Positions 14,983 through 29,791 of a stretch of 64,000 nt of DNA are shown here, one piece after another. Where the stretch lies: the NCBI GenBank assembly GCA_964016885.1, contig OZ024742.1, positions 154,256,001 to 154,320,000 of the forward strand. The letters run 5' to 3'. The notes under the pieces were generated by a model. The model saw only the letters and a program-made list of their open reading frames with translations, made no database searches and was not told where the DNA came from. Position 1 is the stretch's first letter. Each line of letters starts with the position of its first letter. The stretch is from Eledone cirrhosa (taxonomy: Eukaryota). A program made the position numbers and the translations under genes.

Positions 14983-15334
14983 TATATATATATACATATT
15001 CATACATATATATATACATTCATCTCTGTATATCTACCCCCTCTCTCTCTCCCTCTCTATCCTCCCCTCCCACTATGATCAATTTAATTCTCTTTAACTC
15101 ACTACATTCCACGACATGAAGTCTGCTATCAAAACTGACCAATGAATCCTTCCACCTCCACCCTCCCTCCATCTCAGTTTGTCACTCTACTTCCTACCTC
15201 TTCCCCCTTACTCTCTCTCTATACTATTCCGTTTGTCCCCTCACCTTCTGATTCCTCTCTCTCTATACTAGAGAATACAATTCCAAATAAATATTTTTGT
15301 CTATATATTAAGAATTATTTCAAGAGTAACTTAC

Positions 15335-15436
15335 TATTTTGAAAATTTGGACTGTAAACAATAATTATAATTGAGTGGCTGCTATTTGCAGTATAGCAAT
15401 ATAAGGGAGCACTTACCAATGAAACGGTCGTAAATA
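15335..15436 (+). ncRNA. Hammerhead ribozyme, U3-A8 core variant
   Basis: UAUU UUGAAAA U-UUGG...CCAA-U GAAA CG-GU-CG UA AAUA. Confidence 0.55.
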
Positions 15437-15569
15437 TATGGATAAAATCCTTCTCTTAATGCGGAATTCTTAGAAACTTGTGGAGTTACCCTAACCGTAC
15501 GTTGAAACCATCCATGAAACTAGCTTTCTTAACCAAGAACTGGTTCCCAATAAGCAATTTTTGGCTTCT

Positions 15570-15612
<43 letters not shown>

Positions 15613-15738
15613 TGAGTGTGTGTGTATGTGTATATATTTATTTATATATATATATATATATGTATATATATGAGCGTATATATCTATATCTATATATATA
15701 TTTATATATATATATACATACATATACATACATACATG

Positions 15739-15870
<132 letters not shown>

Positions 15871-15899
15871 CAAACATATGTATATATATATATATATAT

Positions 15900-16325
15900 A
15901 TTGTTATACTTTGGGAGGGTCATGTTGCCAATAAGAAACACACGCACCAGTTGCTTTCACTTCAATTTATTATATATTTATAAATTTATAAATTTACAAA
16001 TCTCCACACTTATACATTTCTGGTTGGTTGGTTGGTTCCACAACCAGATAGTTGTTTATATATAGTCATAGTCCTTTCGTCACACACTCTGTGACCTCTT
16101 CAGTGACTGTCCTACGCCATTTTGAGAAACAAAATGGCGTAGGATAGAAGAAAGGAAAGGTACAGAAACAAAGAAGGAATCCCCAGTCACTGAAGAGGTC
16201 ACAGAGTGTGTGACGAAAGGACTATGACTATATATAAACAACTATCTGGTTGTGGAACCAACCAACCAACCAGAAATTTATAAGTTTGTAGATTTGTAAA
16301 TTTATAAATTTATAAATATATATAA
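15900..16325. repeat. Head-to-head pLTR palindrome with two outward-facing HHRs (16064-16108 minus, 16185-16229 plus)
   Basis: Arms are reverse complements. HHR: AGUCA CUGAAGA G GUCACA-GAGUG-UGUGAC GAAA GGAC UA UGACU. 15-bp apical hairpin at 16110-16144. Confidence 0.85.
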
Positions 16326-17200
16326 ATTAAAGTAAAAATAGTTAATATATTAATTTCTAAGGTGAATACTACTTAGGTTTATAATATTTAAAGCGGAATT
16401 TTGAAGTTAAAAAGTAGTAGAGTATTAATTATACCATAACTAAATTAAAAATATTAACATGATGGTATCAATTTTAGGAAATGAATTTTGTAATAGGGAA
16501 AGCCAAATCAAGTATTTCATCGGTGGTAGAATATTAATTATAGGTTAACTAAATTAAAAATTATATATTAATTTCTATAGTATATGTTAATTAGGTTTAT
16601 AATAATTAAAGCAAAATTTTGTATTTAATCTATAATAGAATATAATTATAGGTTAACTAAATTAAAATTAATCTATATATTTATTTGTAAAGAATATATT
16701 AATTAGGTATATATTTAAAAGTTTTTCTCAGTTTATGATTACATGATATTCTGCAATCCATCTGTATTAGAATTTTAATTTTAAGCTAACTAAATTAAAA
16801 TTATAGGTTAACTAAATTAAAATTAATTTATAAATTAATCTCTAAATTGTATATTAATTAGGTTTATAATATTAAAAAGTATTTCTCTGTTATTGATTAC
16901 ACGATATTTTGTTATATTTCATCTGTAAAGGAATTTTAATAAAAGGTTAAATAAACTAAAATGAATCTATATATTAATTTCCAAAGTATATATTAATTAT
17001 GTTAATAATATTTAAAAGTTTTTCACAATTTATGATTACACGATATTTTTTAATTTCATCTGTAGTAGAATTTTAATTAAATTAAAATTATAGGTTAACT
17101 ACATTTAAATTAATTTATATATTAATTTCTAAAATATATATTATTAATTAGGTTTATAATATCTAAATGTTTTTCTCAGTTTATGATTACACGATATAAT
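16325..17200. repeat. Degenerate AT-rich minisatellite (~110-150-bp unit), mirrored at 18975-19860
   Basis: Recurring ttataggttaactaaattaaaatt...taattaggtttataat...tttatgattacacgatat. Confidence 0.75.
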
Positions 17201-19850
17201 TAATTCCTGTCGCTTATTTAATAGGATATCCTTAGATTTCATTATTTCAAATATTTATTGGGACAACAATCTACATTCATTTCTATTATTTTGATAAGGG
17301 GTGGCTCTTTTGTATATTTTGTCTGTGGATTATAAACATACAGAGACATTAGCCCTAAATTTTTATATTTACATACACTTTTCGACATGCGTATGCATGT
17401 GAACATACATTTTTATGCATATCTGTGAACGAAGTTACTTACGTATATACACACACCTAACTGTATTTTCTTGATGAATTTTTATGTATTTCATTGGTCT
17501 ATTTAAAATCTGTTCCCAAACAGACCTGTAATTTTGAATTGTTGCTATTATCAATAAATATACTTCATTATTTCTGAAGACAGCATATATATGTGATGGT
17601 ATGTATATTCTCTTTGATAGTTTGTATAATTTTGTACATAGATCTTTTGAATATGCATGCCAATTCCAACACATATATGTCCTAGAAACGATCGTTAAAT
17701 AATGAACTTTTTTTGTTTAATATAAGGAACTGTTTCATTGTTTTATTCATTATTTTTTTTATATTTTATATATATATATATATTTCGCTACTGAATTTGT
17801 TTAGCAAGATTCTTTATCTGAAATCGTGTGTTGAAACCGATATTGTTATACTTTCGGAGGGTCATATTGCCAATAAGAAACACACGCACCAGTTGCTTTC
17901 ACTTCAATTTATTATATATTTATAAATTTATAAATTTACAAATCTACAAACTTATAAATTTCTGGTTGGTTGGTTGGTTCCACAACCAGATAGTTGTTTA
18001 TATATAGTCATAGTCCTTTCGTCACACACTCTGTGACCTCTTCAGTGACTGGGGATTCCTTTCTTTGTTTCTGTGCCTTTCCTTTCTTATATCCTACGCC
18101 ATTTTGTTTCTCAAAATGGCGTAGTACAGTCACTGAAGAGGTCACAGAGTGTGTGACGAAAGGACTATGACTATATATAAACAACTATCTGGTTGTGGAA
18201 CCAACCAACCAACCAGAAATTTATAAGTTTGTAGATTTGTAAATTTATAAATTTATAAATATATAATAAATTGAAGTGAAAGCAACTGGTGCGTGTGTTT
18301 CTTATTGGCAATATGACCCTCCTAAAGTATAACAATATCGGTTTCAACACAAGATTTCAGATAAAGAATCGTGCTAAACAAATTCAGAAGCGAAATATAT
18401 ATATATATATAAAATATAAAAAAAATAATGAATAAAACAATGAAACAGTTCCTTATATTAAACAAAAAAAGTTCATTATTTAACGATCGTTTCTAGGACG
18501 ATGTGTTGGAATTGGCATGCATATTCAAAAGATCTATGTACAAAATTATACAAACTATCAAAGAGAATATACATACCATCACATATATATGCTGTCTTCA
18601 GAAATAATGAAGTATATTTATTGATAATAGCAACAATTCAAAATTACAGGTCTGTTTGGGAACAGATTTTAAATAGACCAATGAAATACATAAAAATTCA
18701 TCAAGAAAATACAGTTAGTTGTGTGTATATATGTAAGTAACTTCGTTCACAGATATGCATAAAAATGTATGTTCACATGCATACGCATGTCGAAAAGTGT
18801 ATGTAAATATAAAAAATTAGGGCTAATGTCTCTGTATGTTTATAATCCACAGACAAAATATACAAAAGAGCCACCCCTTATCAAAATAATAGAAATGAAT
18901 GTAGATTGTGGTCCCAATAAATATTTGAAATAATGAAATCTAAGGATATCCTATTAAATAAGCGACAGGAATTAATTATATCGTGTAATCATAAACTGAG
19001 AAAAACATTTAGATATTATAAACCTAATTAATAATATATATTTTAGAAATTAATATATAAATTAATTTAAATGTAGTTAACCTATAATGTTAATTTAATT
19101 AAAATTCTACTACAGATGAAATTAAAAAATATCGTGTAATCATAAATTGTGAAAAACTTTTAAATATTATTAACATAATTAATATATACTTTGGAAATTA
19201 ATATATAGATTCATTTTAGTTTATTTAACCTTTTATTAAAATTCCTTTACAGATGAAATATAACAAAATATCGTGTAATCAATAACAGAGAAATACTTTT
19301 TAATATTATAAACCTAATTAATATACAATTTAGAGATTAATTTATAAATTAATTTTAATTTAGTTAACCTATAATTTTAATTTAGTTAGCTTAAAATTAA
19401 AATTCTAATACAGATGGATTGCAGAATATCATGTAATCATAAACTGAGAAAAACTTTTAAATATATACCTAATTAATATATTCTTTACAAATAAATATAT
19501 AGATTAATTTTAATTTAGTTAACCTATAATTATATTCTATTATAGATTAAATACAACATTTTGCTTTAATTATTATAAACCTAATTAACATATACTATAG
19601 AAATTAATATATAATTTTTAATTTAGTTAACCTATAATTAATATTCTACTACCGATGAAATACTTGATTTGGCTTTCCCTATTACAAAATTCATTTCCTA
19701 AAATTGATACCATCATGTTAATATTTTTAATTTAGTTATGCTATAATTAATACTCTACTACTTTTTAACTTCAAAATTCCGCTTTAAATATTATAAACCT
19801 AAGTAGTATTCACCTTAGAAATTAATATATTAACTATTTTTACTTTAATT
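16325..19850. repeat. ~3.5-kb palindrome (arms ~1.72 kb) centred on head-to-head HHR elements (18006-18050 minus, 18128-18172 plus)
   Basis: 16325-18051 is the reverse complement of 18127-19850 with only scattered substitutions. The ORF track shows mirrored 79-aa ORFs at 17435-17674 and 18501-18740. Confidence 0.95.
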
Positions 19851-20161
19851 AACCTATAATTAATAGTCTACTTATATTAAAATGTATAATTTAGCCTTCT
19901 TCCTTACAAATACCATTTCCTAATACTGACACTACTATGTAAACACATATTATGATTTAAATGCAGATTAATATTCTATGTTCCTTGAAACCTATATTTA
20001 CTATTTCCCACTAATAATTGTAATCCCACTTCCCCACCCCCATAATCATTCGTATTTGTAAGCGTGGATGTATGTATGTGTATGTAAGTATGTATGTATG
20101 TTTGTGTGTTTGTATGTGAGTATAAAAATACATATGTGCGCATGTAAATAAGTGTGTATGA

Positions 20162-20244
<83 letters not shown>

Positions 20245-20344
20245 TATGTATATATATGTGTATGTATGTATGTGTATGTATATGTATTTTTAGAGATGTG
20301 TGTATGTATGTGTATATATGTGCATAATTGTCTGACTGTGTGTA

Positions 20345-20471
<127 letters not shown>

Positions 20472-20687
20472 ATGTATGTCTGAGTGTGGTTGTGTGTATA
20501 TATATATGGGTATGTGTGTGTATGTATATATACGTATATGTATGTGTCTGTGTGTAGATATATGTGTGTATATATATGTGTGTATATATATATGTATATA
20601 TATATAAATATGTGTGTATGTATGTGTGTATGTGTGTGTACATATATGTATATATGTGTGTTGTGTGTATGTGTATATATATATATG

Positions 20688-20741
<54 letters not shown>

Positions 20742-21259
20742 TGTATTTATATGTATGAGTATATGTTTTACTTGGTTTTATCTATATGCATACAAACAGG
20801 TTAATATGCGTGAGGTTAAGTATGTGTGTGTGTGTGTGTACGTATGTATCGAACGGATAGATGTGTAAATGTGCGTATTTATATAAGCATGTATATTTTA
20901 TGTCTCTCTTTTATGTTTTTTTATGTTTTTATTATATTTCTTTTATTATATTTCTTTTTATTTCTAAAGTTATTGATACATTTTTATAAATATGCTGAGT
21001 CTGACACCCTCCTTTAACTACTTACTCCCTTACCTTCTTTTAATTCTGCATCTAGATGTAAGTGTGTGTGGCCGTGTTTATGTGTGCGCCTCAATATCCA
21101 TATAGTTATAATAATAATATATACGTATGAGTGTGTGTGTGTGTGTATATATGTGTGTGTGTCCGTAGGTATGTGTGTGTTTATGTATATATGCGTGTGT
21201 GTGTGTATGAATGTATGTATATGTGTGTATATATGTGTGTATATATATATGTATATGTA

Positions 21260-21718
21260 TGTATATTTTGTCTGTGGATTATAAACATACAGAGACATTA
21301 GCCCTAAATTTTTATATTTACATACACTTTTTCGACATGCGTATGCATGTGAACATACATTTTTATGCATATCTGTGAACGAAGTTACTTACATATATAC
21401 ACACACCTAACTGTATTTTCTTGATGAATTTTTATGTATTTCATTGGTCTATTTAAAATCTGTTCCCAAACAGACCTGTAATTTTGAATTGTTGTTATTA
21501 TCAATAAATAAACTTCATTATTTCTGAAGACAGCATATATATGTGATGGTATGTATATTCTCTTTGATAGTTTGTATAATTTTGTACATAGATCTTTTGA
21601 ATATGCATGCCAATTCTAACACATATATGTCCTAGAAACGATCGTTAAATAATGAACTTTTTTGTTTAATATAAGGAACTGTTTCATTGTTTTATTCATT
21701 ATTTTTTTAATATTTTAT
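21260..21718 (+). repeat. Third copy of a ~455-bp segment also present in both arms of the large palindrome
   Basis: Near-identical to 17311-17769 (direct) and 18409-18867 (inverted). Confidence 0.9.
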
Positions 21719-21966
21719 CTTGACTCTGTATTCCGTTTATCTTTCACCGAAACTGATTTTTGAATGCATCTCTTCTTTCCATGATATCTGGATTACATTG
21801 AGTTCTTCATTCGGATTGGACACTACCGTAAACTTTTGGTAGAGTTATCTACATATATATATATATATATGTATAAATATATATACATATACATATACAT
21901 ATATATATATACATATACACACACATATATATATATATAAATACATACATACACATATACATACGT

Positions 21967-22057
<91 letters not shown>

Positions 22058-22167
22058 TATATACATATACATATATATATATACATATACACACACACAT
22101 ATATATATATATATATAAATACATACATACACATATACATACGTACACACACACATATATATATATA

Positions 22168-22365
<198 letters not shown>

Positions 22366-22471
22366 ATTAAATATACTCCAAGTATTTGTCGAGTGCTTTT
22401 ATATCAGTTATAAATATTTACTAGTTGTAACCCAACAATTTTAAATATAACTTTACATGTATATATATATA

Positions 22472-22504
<33 letters not shown>

Positions 22505-22510
<6 letters not shown>

Positions 22511-23193
22511 AATAATGGAGCTGCGGCGCTGCAAATGGGTTACATATGAAAAAGTTTGTCCTCATCAGTGGCCATCCAACCGTCGTAGGCATTTCGTCGC
22601 ATTAAAGGCCATATACCTCAGGTTGGTGCGAGCAACGGCTAAAAAAAGTCGTTGGGACACGTAAATAAAGGGGACGCTAGGGTAAAGAAACAAAATGGTT
22701 TAAGCAGCAGAAAGTGAGGAAGAAGGAAACAATTCCCAGATTTCTATGAATATAAATTCGGTGGAATCGTGAACGAGGGAATAAAGACCATCAAACCTGG
22801 TTGAAATGTGAGCAAGGAAGGAATTTCGCACAGGTCTAACGGGGGGAAGAAGGGGTCTGGTCTGCGAATTCGGTAAACATAAGTTCTGTGAAGTCGCAGA
22901 CGAGGGAGAGGGAGAAACAAAATTCATACCGGCTTGGCCAGGTGTCCGCGAGAAAAGGATTGTGGACAGGTCAAACGGGAAGAAAGGGGAGGAGGAGAGG
23001 TAGTGACAGAGAGTGAGTGAGTGAAATGTGTTGAAGAGGCTAACAGAGAGAGACTGCTAGAAAGGGTAAAGACACAAAGAACGAAACAGACTGGTTGCAG
23101 CGGAGGAAAAAATATGTGTAAATATGATAATAATGGAGCTGCGGCGCTGCAAATGGGTTACATATGAAAATGTTTGTCCTCATCAGTGGCCAT
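22505..23193 (-). mobile_element. Element bounded by ~70-bp direct repeats (partial-tandem, PLE-like geometry)
   Basis: atgataataatggagctgcggcgctgc...ctcatcagtggccatc at 22505-22577 and 23122-23193. Flanked by (TA)n. Confidence 0.55.
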
Positions 23194-23594
23194 CATATAT
23201 ATATATATATAACACTTTGCAAATTTCAAATACTTTAACCAGTGTTAATGCCCGATGCCCATAAACGACTTCCATTTCTCTTTTTTTTTAGACGGCAGCC
23301 GACAAAAGAGCCCCTCTATCTCATTACCAACCCACCCCTACCTCTCCTCAGCCTGAAACACGGCACTATGGTTATTTAACTACCTCTACCTATCCGCATT
23401 TCCTGCTTGTAGAGGTGTTTTTATATGCCTGTGTATATTCGTATATTTATGAGTACATGTTTGTATGTATTTGTATGAGTGTCAGTTCGTTCACATGTAC
23501 CTGCATATGGGCATGTTAGTGTATGTTTGTGGGTATATATATGTATATATGTGTGTGTCTGTGTATATGTAACTTTATATGCATGTATATGTCT

Positions 23595-23646
<52 letters not shown>

Positions 23647-23684
23647 ATATGTGTATATATATGTGTATATATATATATATGTAT

Positions 23685-23734
<50 letters not shown>

Positions 23735-23828
23735 ATACATATATACATGTCCATACACATATATATATACATATACCTATATATATAAGCATATACATAT
23801 ATATACATATACACACCCATACATAAAC

Positions 23829-23859
<31 letters not shown>

Positions 23860-23865
23860 TACATA

Positions 23866-23941
<76 letters not shown>

Positions 23942-24124
23942 TACACACATACATATACAAATATATATATAAATATACATATACACACACATACACACAT
24001 ATTTTCATAAATATTTGCTCTAAGGTTCTTATATATTTGATATATATTTATCCTTATCGAGCCCTCTTTGGATTTCTTCACATTTATTTTTATTGCGATA
24101 TATACATAAAAATATATATATATT

Positions 24125-24270
<146 letters not shown>

Positions 24271-24492
24271 ATAGAATAATATCTACGAGATCTGATTATT
24301 CAACTAGTCTCCTGCATTAGCTGTGTTTTCTGTCGCATGTATTTTAATTTTGATTTTAATTTGAGTTACTATACAAATATTATATAGTATAATATATGTC
24401 GCTCCACACTCTACATCAATATATATATATGTATATATCTGTATGTCTCTTGCGTTGAGTAGGGGGTCAATTGTATGTACAAACATAAAAAA

Positions 24493-24541
24493 TTGCTCAG
24501 ATGAATCCAAGCCTAGGTTTGGAAGAAACAATTGTTAGTGA
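24493..24541 (+). ncRNA. Hammerhead-like motif, U4A variant
   Basis: UUGCU CAGAUGA A-UCCAAGC-CUAG-GUUUGGA-A GAAA CAAUUG UU AGUGA; stem III is palindromic. Confidence 0.55.
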
Positions 24542-24723
24542 ATAAATGTTTTGGCCATATCTTTGATTCTTGTGAATTCTATATAACTGCTCTGCAGAAC
24601 AACTGATGATCTTATATTGAGCTACATATCTTACTGGTAATAAGATAGTAATAAATTACTGACCTTCCCTGTTTATAGTTTAAAATATACATAACTATAA
24701 ATAGTATCCTTAATATTATACAC

Positions 24724-24839
<116 letters not shown>

Positions 24840-25073
24840 GACACATATATCTGTGACTTTATGTATATGTAAATTTGATATTTAATAATCTCCCGTTGGG
24901 TTGAGATGCAATTGGGGGATATTGGGCTGCGCTTTCTAGCAACCAGCCTAGTCGCCGTAAACAAGTAATCACATTCATTCTAACTAGAATACTGCCACTA
25001 CACGACTCTTAGCCACTTTTTAAATCTATTTCTGGCGGGGTAGCTTTGGAAAATTATCTGTCCTATTGAGTTT

Positions 25074-25150
25074 GTCTCCTGATGAGTTCGACACTCGAGA
25101 TTTATCCTTAATAGGATATCTCAAAATACGAACGAAACCATGGTACTGAT
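25074..25150 (+). ncRNA. Hammerhead motif with intact core and long stem II; stem I does not pair
   Basis: CUGAUGA GUUCG...GAGAU..AUCCU-UAAU-AGGAU..UCUC...CGAAC GAAA CCAUGG UA. Confidence 0.6.
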
Positions 25151-25848
25151 ATCATTACGGTATGTACACGTTTCTTCTTACATTAAATTTATACCTAATT
25201 GTGTATTGTTGACGGTATATTTAGTCAGTTTCTAAATACTGTTGAAATGTTGGGTAAATACTCTACTGTGGTCAACCGCGAAGAGGCTGCTTTCAGTTAT
25301 TTATCAAATATTTCTTCATAGGAGCCTTCATTCTTATAACCTGGTCTAATTGATTTTTTATATGATTAATTATGCTAATTGGGAGAGGAAATTGTAAATA
25401 TTTTATCTAATAATTTTAAGGACATGATTTATGATATATATATATATATATACAAAACTTTGCAGCTTTCAAATACCTTAACCAGTGTTAATGCCGGATG
25501 GCTAAAAGCCACTTCCCTTTTCTTTTTAAACGCCAGCCGACAAAATAGCCCCTCTACCTCATTCCCACGCCACCTCTACCCATCCTCAGCCTGAAACACG
25601 GCACTATGGTTATTTAACCTCCTCTTACCTATCCGCATTTTCTTCTTGTACAGGTGTTTTTATATGCCTGTTTATATGCGTATATTTATGAGAACATGTT
25701 TGTATGTATTTGTATGAGTATCCCTTCGTCTGTATGTATATCGCTGTGTGTACGTGCGGTCGCATGTACCTGCATATGGGCATGTTAGCGTATGTTTGTG
25801 TGTGTATATATAAGTGTGTGTGTGTGTGGGTGTGTATGTATATGTATA

Positions 25849-25923
<75 letters not shown>

Positions 25924-25980
25924 ATATGTGTATATTTATGTGTATATATATATATGTGTATATATATATGTATGTATATG

Positions 25981-26066
<86 letters not shown>

Positions 26067-26074
26067 CATATACA

Positions 26075-26314
<240 letters not shown>

Positions 26315-26664
26315 AAAGAATAGAGGTGTAACACACAAGTTATTATATATTGGTAAACGGAATAGAAAATGCTAACAAATTGTTCACAGTTGAAAAATAG
26401 TTTAATTAGGAATAAAAGAGTATTAGTAATTGTATTGTTTAGTATTCAGTTGTGGTTTTAAGTTTTTAAGTTTTTACCGGTTGCGCATTTCTAAATGCTT
26501 TTCAAAAATATTTTTGAGATAGAGTGTCCGTGTTGTTTGCTCTGATCTGATTAGTTTTGGGAATTCTACCTGTTTTTATGCTAAAAAAGTGGCTCCAGGG
26601 CTACTTTGGTGTTGCAAAAATTCTTGTGGTCAAAACAATTTTGAAAAAATGGTGAAAATATTGT

Positions 26665-28150
26665 CTTGAAAAAAACTTAATCTACGAATGTAAAGTTATA
26701 ACTGACACCAATTCCTTTACCTATTTTGGCTCCACTTCCACCTCCTTGAAAGCTCGTCGTTATAATCATCATTCGTATTTTAAATACCAACTTAAAAGAA
26801 CCAACACGGCACTCTCAGAACTCATATGATCCTTGAAAGGCAAAGATATTAACTATAACATCTCTTGGAGGAAGGTTTCTTATGCTTCTCCATACTTGAA
26901 TGGTTCTCTATCCAAGACATGTAATCTCTGTTTATGTGAGAAATTTATCATTATATCTAATTTAGATTGTATAATAAATAGACGCACTGACTTGTTTTCT
27001 TTCTGCGAGCATAAATTCCACAGAATATTCCATAAATTATACGCTAATATATAATACTTTACCATTTTAAAATCCTTTTCTCAAAGGCACATATATATAT
27101 ATACATATATATTTCTTTAAAAATATACCCATCTTTCTACCTTATTTCAATGTTATTTATTATACATTACATAATACTAGTTACTCATTCTATATCACTC
27201 CTAGTTATAACTTCCCTTTCTATCTTTTTTTCCTTTTTTCTTTTTTCTTTTTCTTTTAATTTCTAACCTCTAATCTGTACCTTTGCTTGCTAGATATTGC
27301 TCAATTCTCACTATTAATCACCACAATATATCATTACCCTTTTAATTACTTTATAATATCACCTTGAAAATCCTTCGTAAACATAAACATTTTTTTGACG
27401 TTAGATTATTCATCCTCAATTCATTATTTTTCCTCCTTTTCATGCTCATCTAACTAATACATATTAGACTTATTCAGCCACTCTTCTACTTCTTTTCACA
27501 ATATATCCTTAATTACATTACTATTGTTACATTTTTATATTTTTTTAATAACTGTTATCAACAATTTCTTTTCATCGCACATATTATTAAACCCTTCAAT
27601 ATACAAATCTTAATTTAACATTATTCTAAAATTTTTGTCTTCGTTAATTTTCAAATTCTTTTAATTTATATATTATCTACCAACGGTTTTTTAACCTCTC
27701 TATGTAAAACAATATATTTTTCTCAGTTATAAAAGTTATCTCTCTCTCTCTATCACCCATCTCTCCTCCTATCTCATCCTTCCTTATTATACTCCTCTCC
27801 CTCCATTATTTACTCTCATCTCCTCCTCTTTTTCATACTCCCCCCCCCCTTCAATTTTGTTCCCAATATCACACATCAATCTAAAACTACTTTTCATATG
27901 TTGATTTAAAACTGCACTATTCACAAGTGTTTTTTAACCTTCATATCATGTCTCCCTATTTTATCTGACGAAAACGCAAATGTCATCGCATGATGATATT
28001 TGTTTTTGAAATGCGCATAATAAAATACATGGAACTCTTTTAAACATCTTTTGATCTTATATATTATTCATACTCCAGTCCTACAAACTGTAGAGTTCTA
28101 CTTATCCCATATCTGCATTGCTTTATTGTACTACAATAAAACTCACCCCC
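26665..28150 (+). mobile_element. 5'-truncated Penelope-like element: GIY-YIG relic, 3' region and HHR
   Basis: KNLIYECKV...YFGSTSTSLKARRYNH...TALSELI*SLK...W...CNLCLCEK...INRRTDLFSFCEH at 26670-27054; HHR downstream. Confidence 0.85.
27957..28027 (+). ncRNA. Hammerhead ribozyme, minimal type I with palindromic stem III
   Basis: UAUUUUAU CUGACGA AAACGCAAAUGUCAUC-GCAU-GAUGAUAUUUGUUUUU GAAA UGCGCA UA AUAAAAUA. Confidence 0.88.
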
Positions 28151-28170
28151 TACATATATATATATATATA

Positions 28171-28508
28171 TATACGATATTAATAAATCGAAACTATATT
28201 TATAAAACCATATTTATTTCATTATACATATTTCAGGGATTAAATTAAATTATGGTATGCCTTCATCAGACAAAATACAATATATAACAGTTTTACAAAT
28301 AAGCTTTGACGTACCCTTTTAAAATGCAACCATTGTTTTTGGAAGCCATCCATGTTAAAAGGGTACGTCAAAGCTTATTTGTAAAACTGTTATATATTGT
28401 ATTTTGTCTGATGAAGGCATACCATAATTTAATTTGGTATCCCTGAAATATGTATAATGAAATAAATATGGTTTTATAAATATAGTTTCCATTTATTAGT
28501 ATCGTATA
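28171..28508. repeat. Fold-back palindrome (~156-bp arms, 24-nt spacer) with HHRs at 28215-28277 (minus) and 28400-28464 (plus)
   Basis: Arms are reverse complements. HHR: UAUUUUGU CUGAUGA AGGCAUACCA..UGGUAUCCCU GAAA UAUGUA UA AUGAAAUA. Confidence 0.88.
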
Positions 28509-28590
28509 TCTACTCCAAATACTTGTCGAGTGCTTTATATCAGTTATAAAAACATTTACTTGTTGTATCCCAACAATTTTAAGTAGAACT

Positions 28591-28745
<155 letters not shown>

Positions 28746-28912
28746 GGATTAATAAATAATAGTTAAATGCAGTCCACTTAGGTGAAGTCCAGTTATGGTA
28801 TTCCAGGTAGTGGATGATATTAACGCTTGGCTTGGTTTGACTCAACAAGGCGTTTTCATAGTGATGCTGAGGGTATGCTGTAATTCCTATGTTGTAAACA
28901 CTTGGAGTAATA

Positions 28913-29473
28913 ATAAATCAGGAAAGAAGGTTTACATGGTTTGCTATACAAAAAAGTTTTTAATCACATAGCTTACATTTGTTTCATTGAACTGGTATGT
29001 CTAGAGATTGCTATCCGCTTAATTTTGCGTTACTCGATCGCCAATACAGAATTATAACCAGTCAGATCTTCGGAGCATGCGAGAATGAAGAAAATACACA
29101 GGCAAGAAAAGAAAAGAAAATACAGGCTACTATATGGAGTAGTATGACATTCAATTAGAACAATAACAACAACAATTATTACAACAATGCTATCAATAAA
29201 CTATTTAAGGAGACCCTGACATTACTTAGGTGGGGGTATATAATGTATCTAATGTTACGGCGTGAAAACCAGCTGTCATAAGGCAAAAAGTATCGTAGTG
29301 TGTATCAATTTTAAATTATAAAGATAAGCTGGTTTTTACAGTCTTTCTCTTCATCTTCTACAGTATACATGAGTGGGACCACTGTCAAAGCTCAATAGTT
29401 GTAGAGTTAATACAGAGGTTAACGAATTAATATACGCATATATCTACGCACACACACACACACATATACACAT

Positions 29474-29508
<35 letters not shown>

Positions 29509-29760
29509 AATATATATACACATATATACACATGCATGTGTACATAGACACACACATACACGTCAATATGCACTCGTACAAAAATATACATACATGCAAA
29601 GAGAAAAGCGTGCTAATTGTAATTATGTCAAAATTTTTTGCCATAATTACAATTAGCACGCTTTTCTCTTTGCATGTATGTATATTTTTGTACGAGTGTA
29701 TATTGATGTGTATGTGTGTGTCTATGTACACATTCATGTGTATATATGTGTATATATATT

Positions 29761-29791
<31 letters not shown>

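Noticed and set aside
17435-18740. Two near-identical 79-aa ORFs on opposite strands
   Set aside because: A consequence of the palindrome; no coding signature.
22545-22640. CTGATGA and GAAA in the 1030/22505 repeat family as a permuted hammerhead
   Set aside because: I could not pair stems I-III consistently in either copy.
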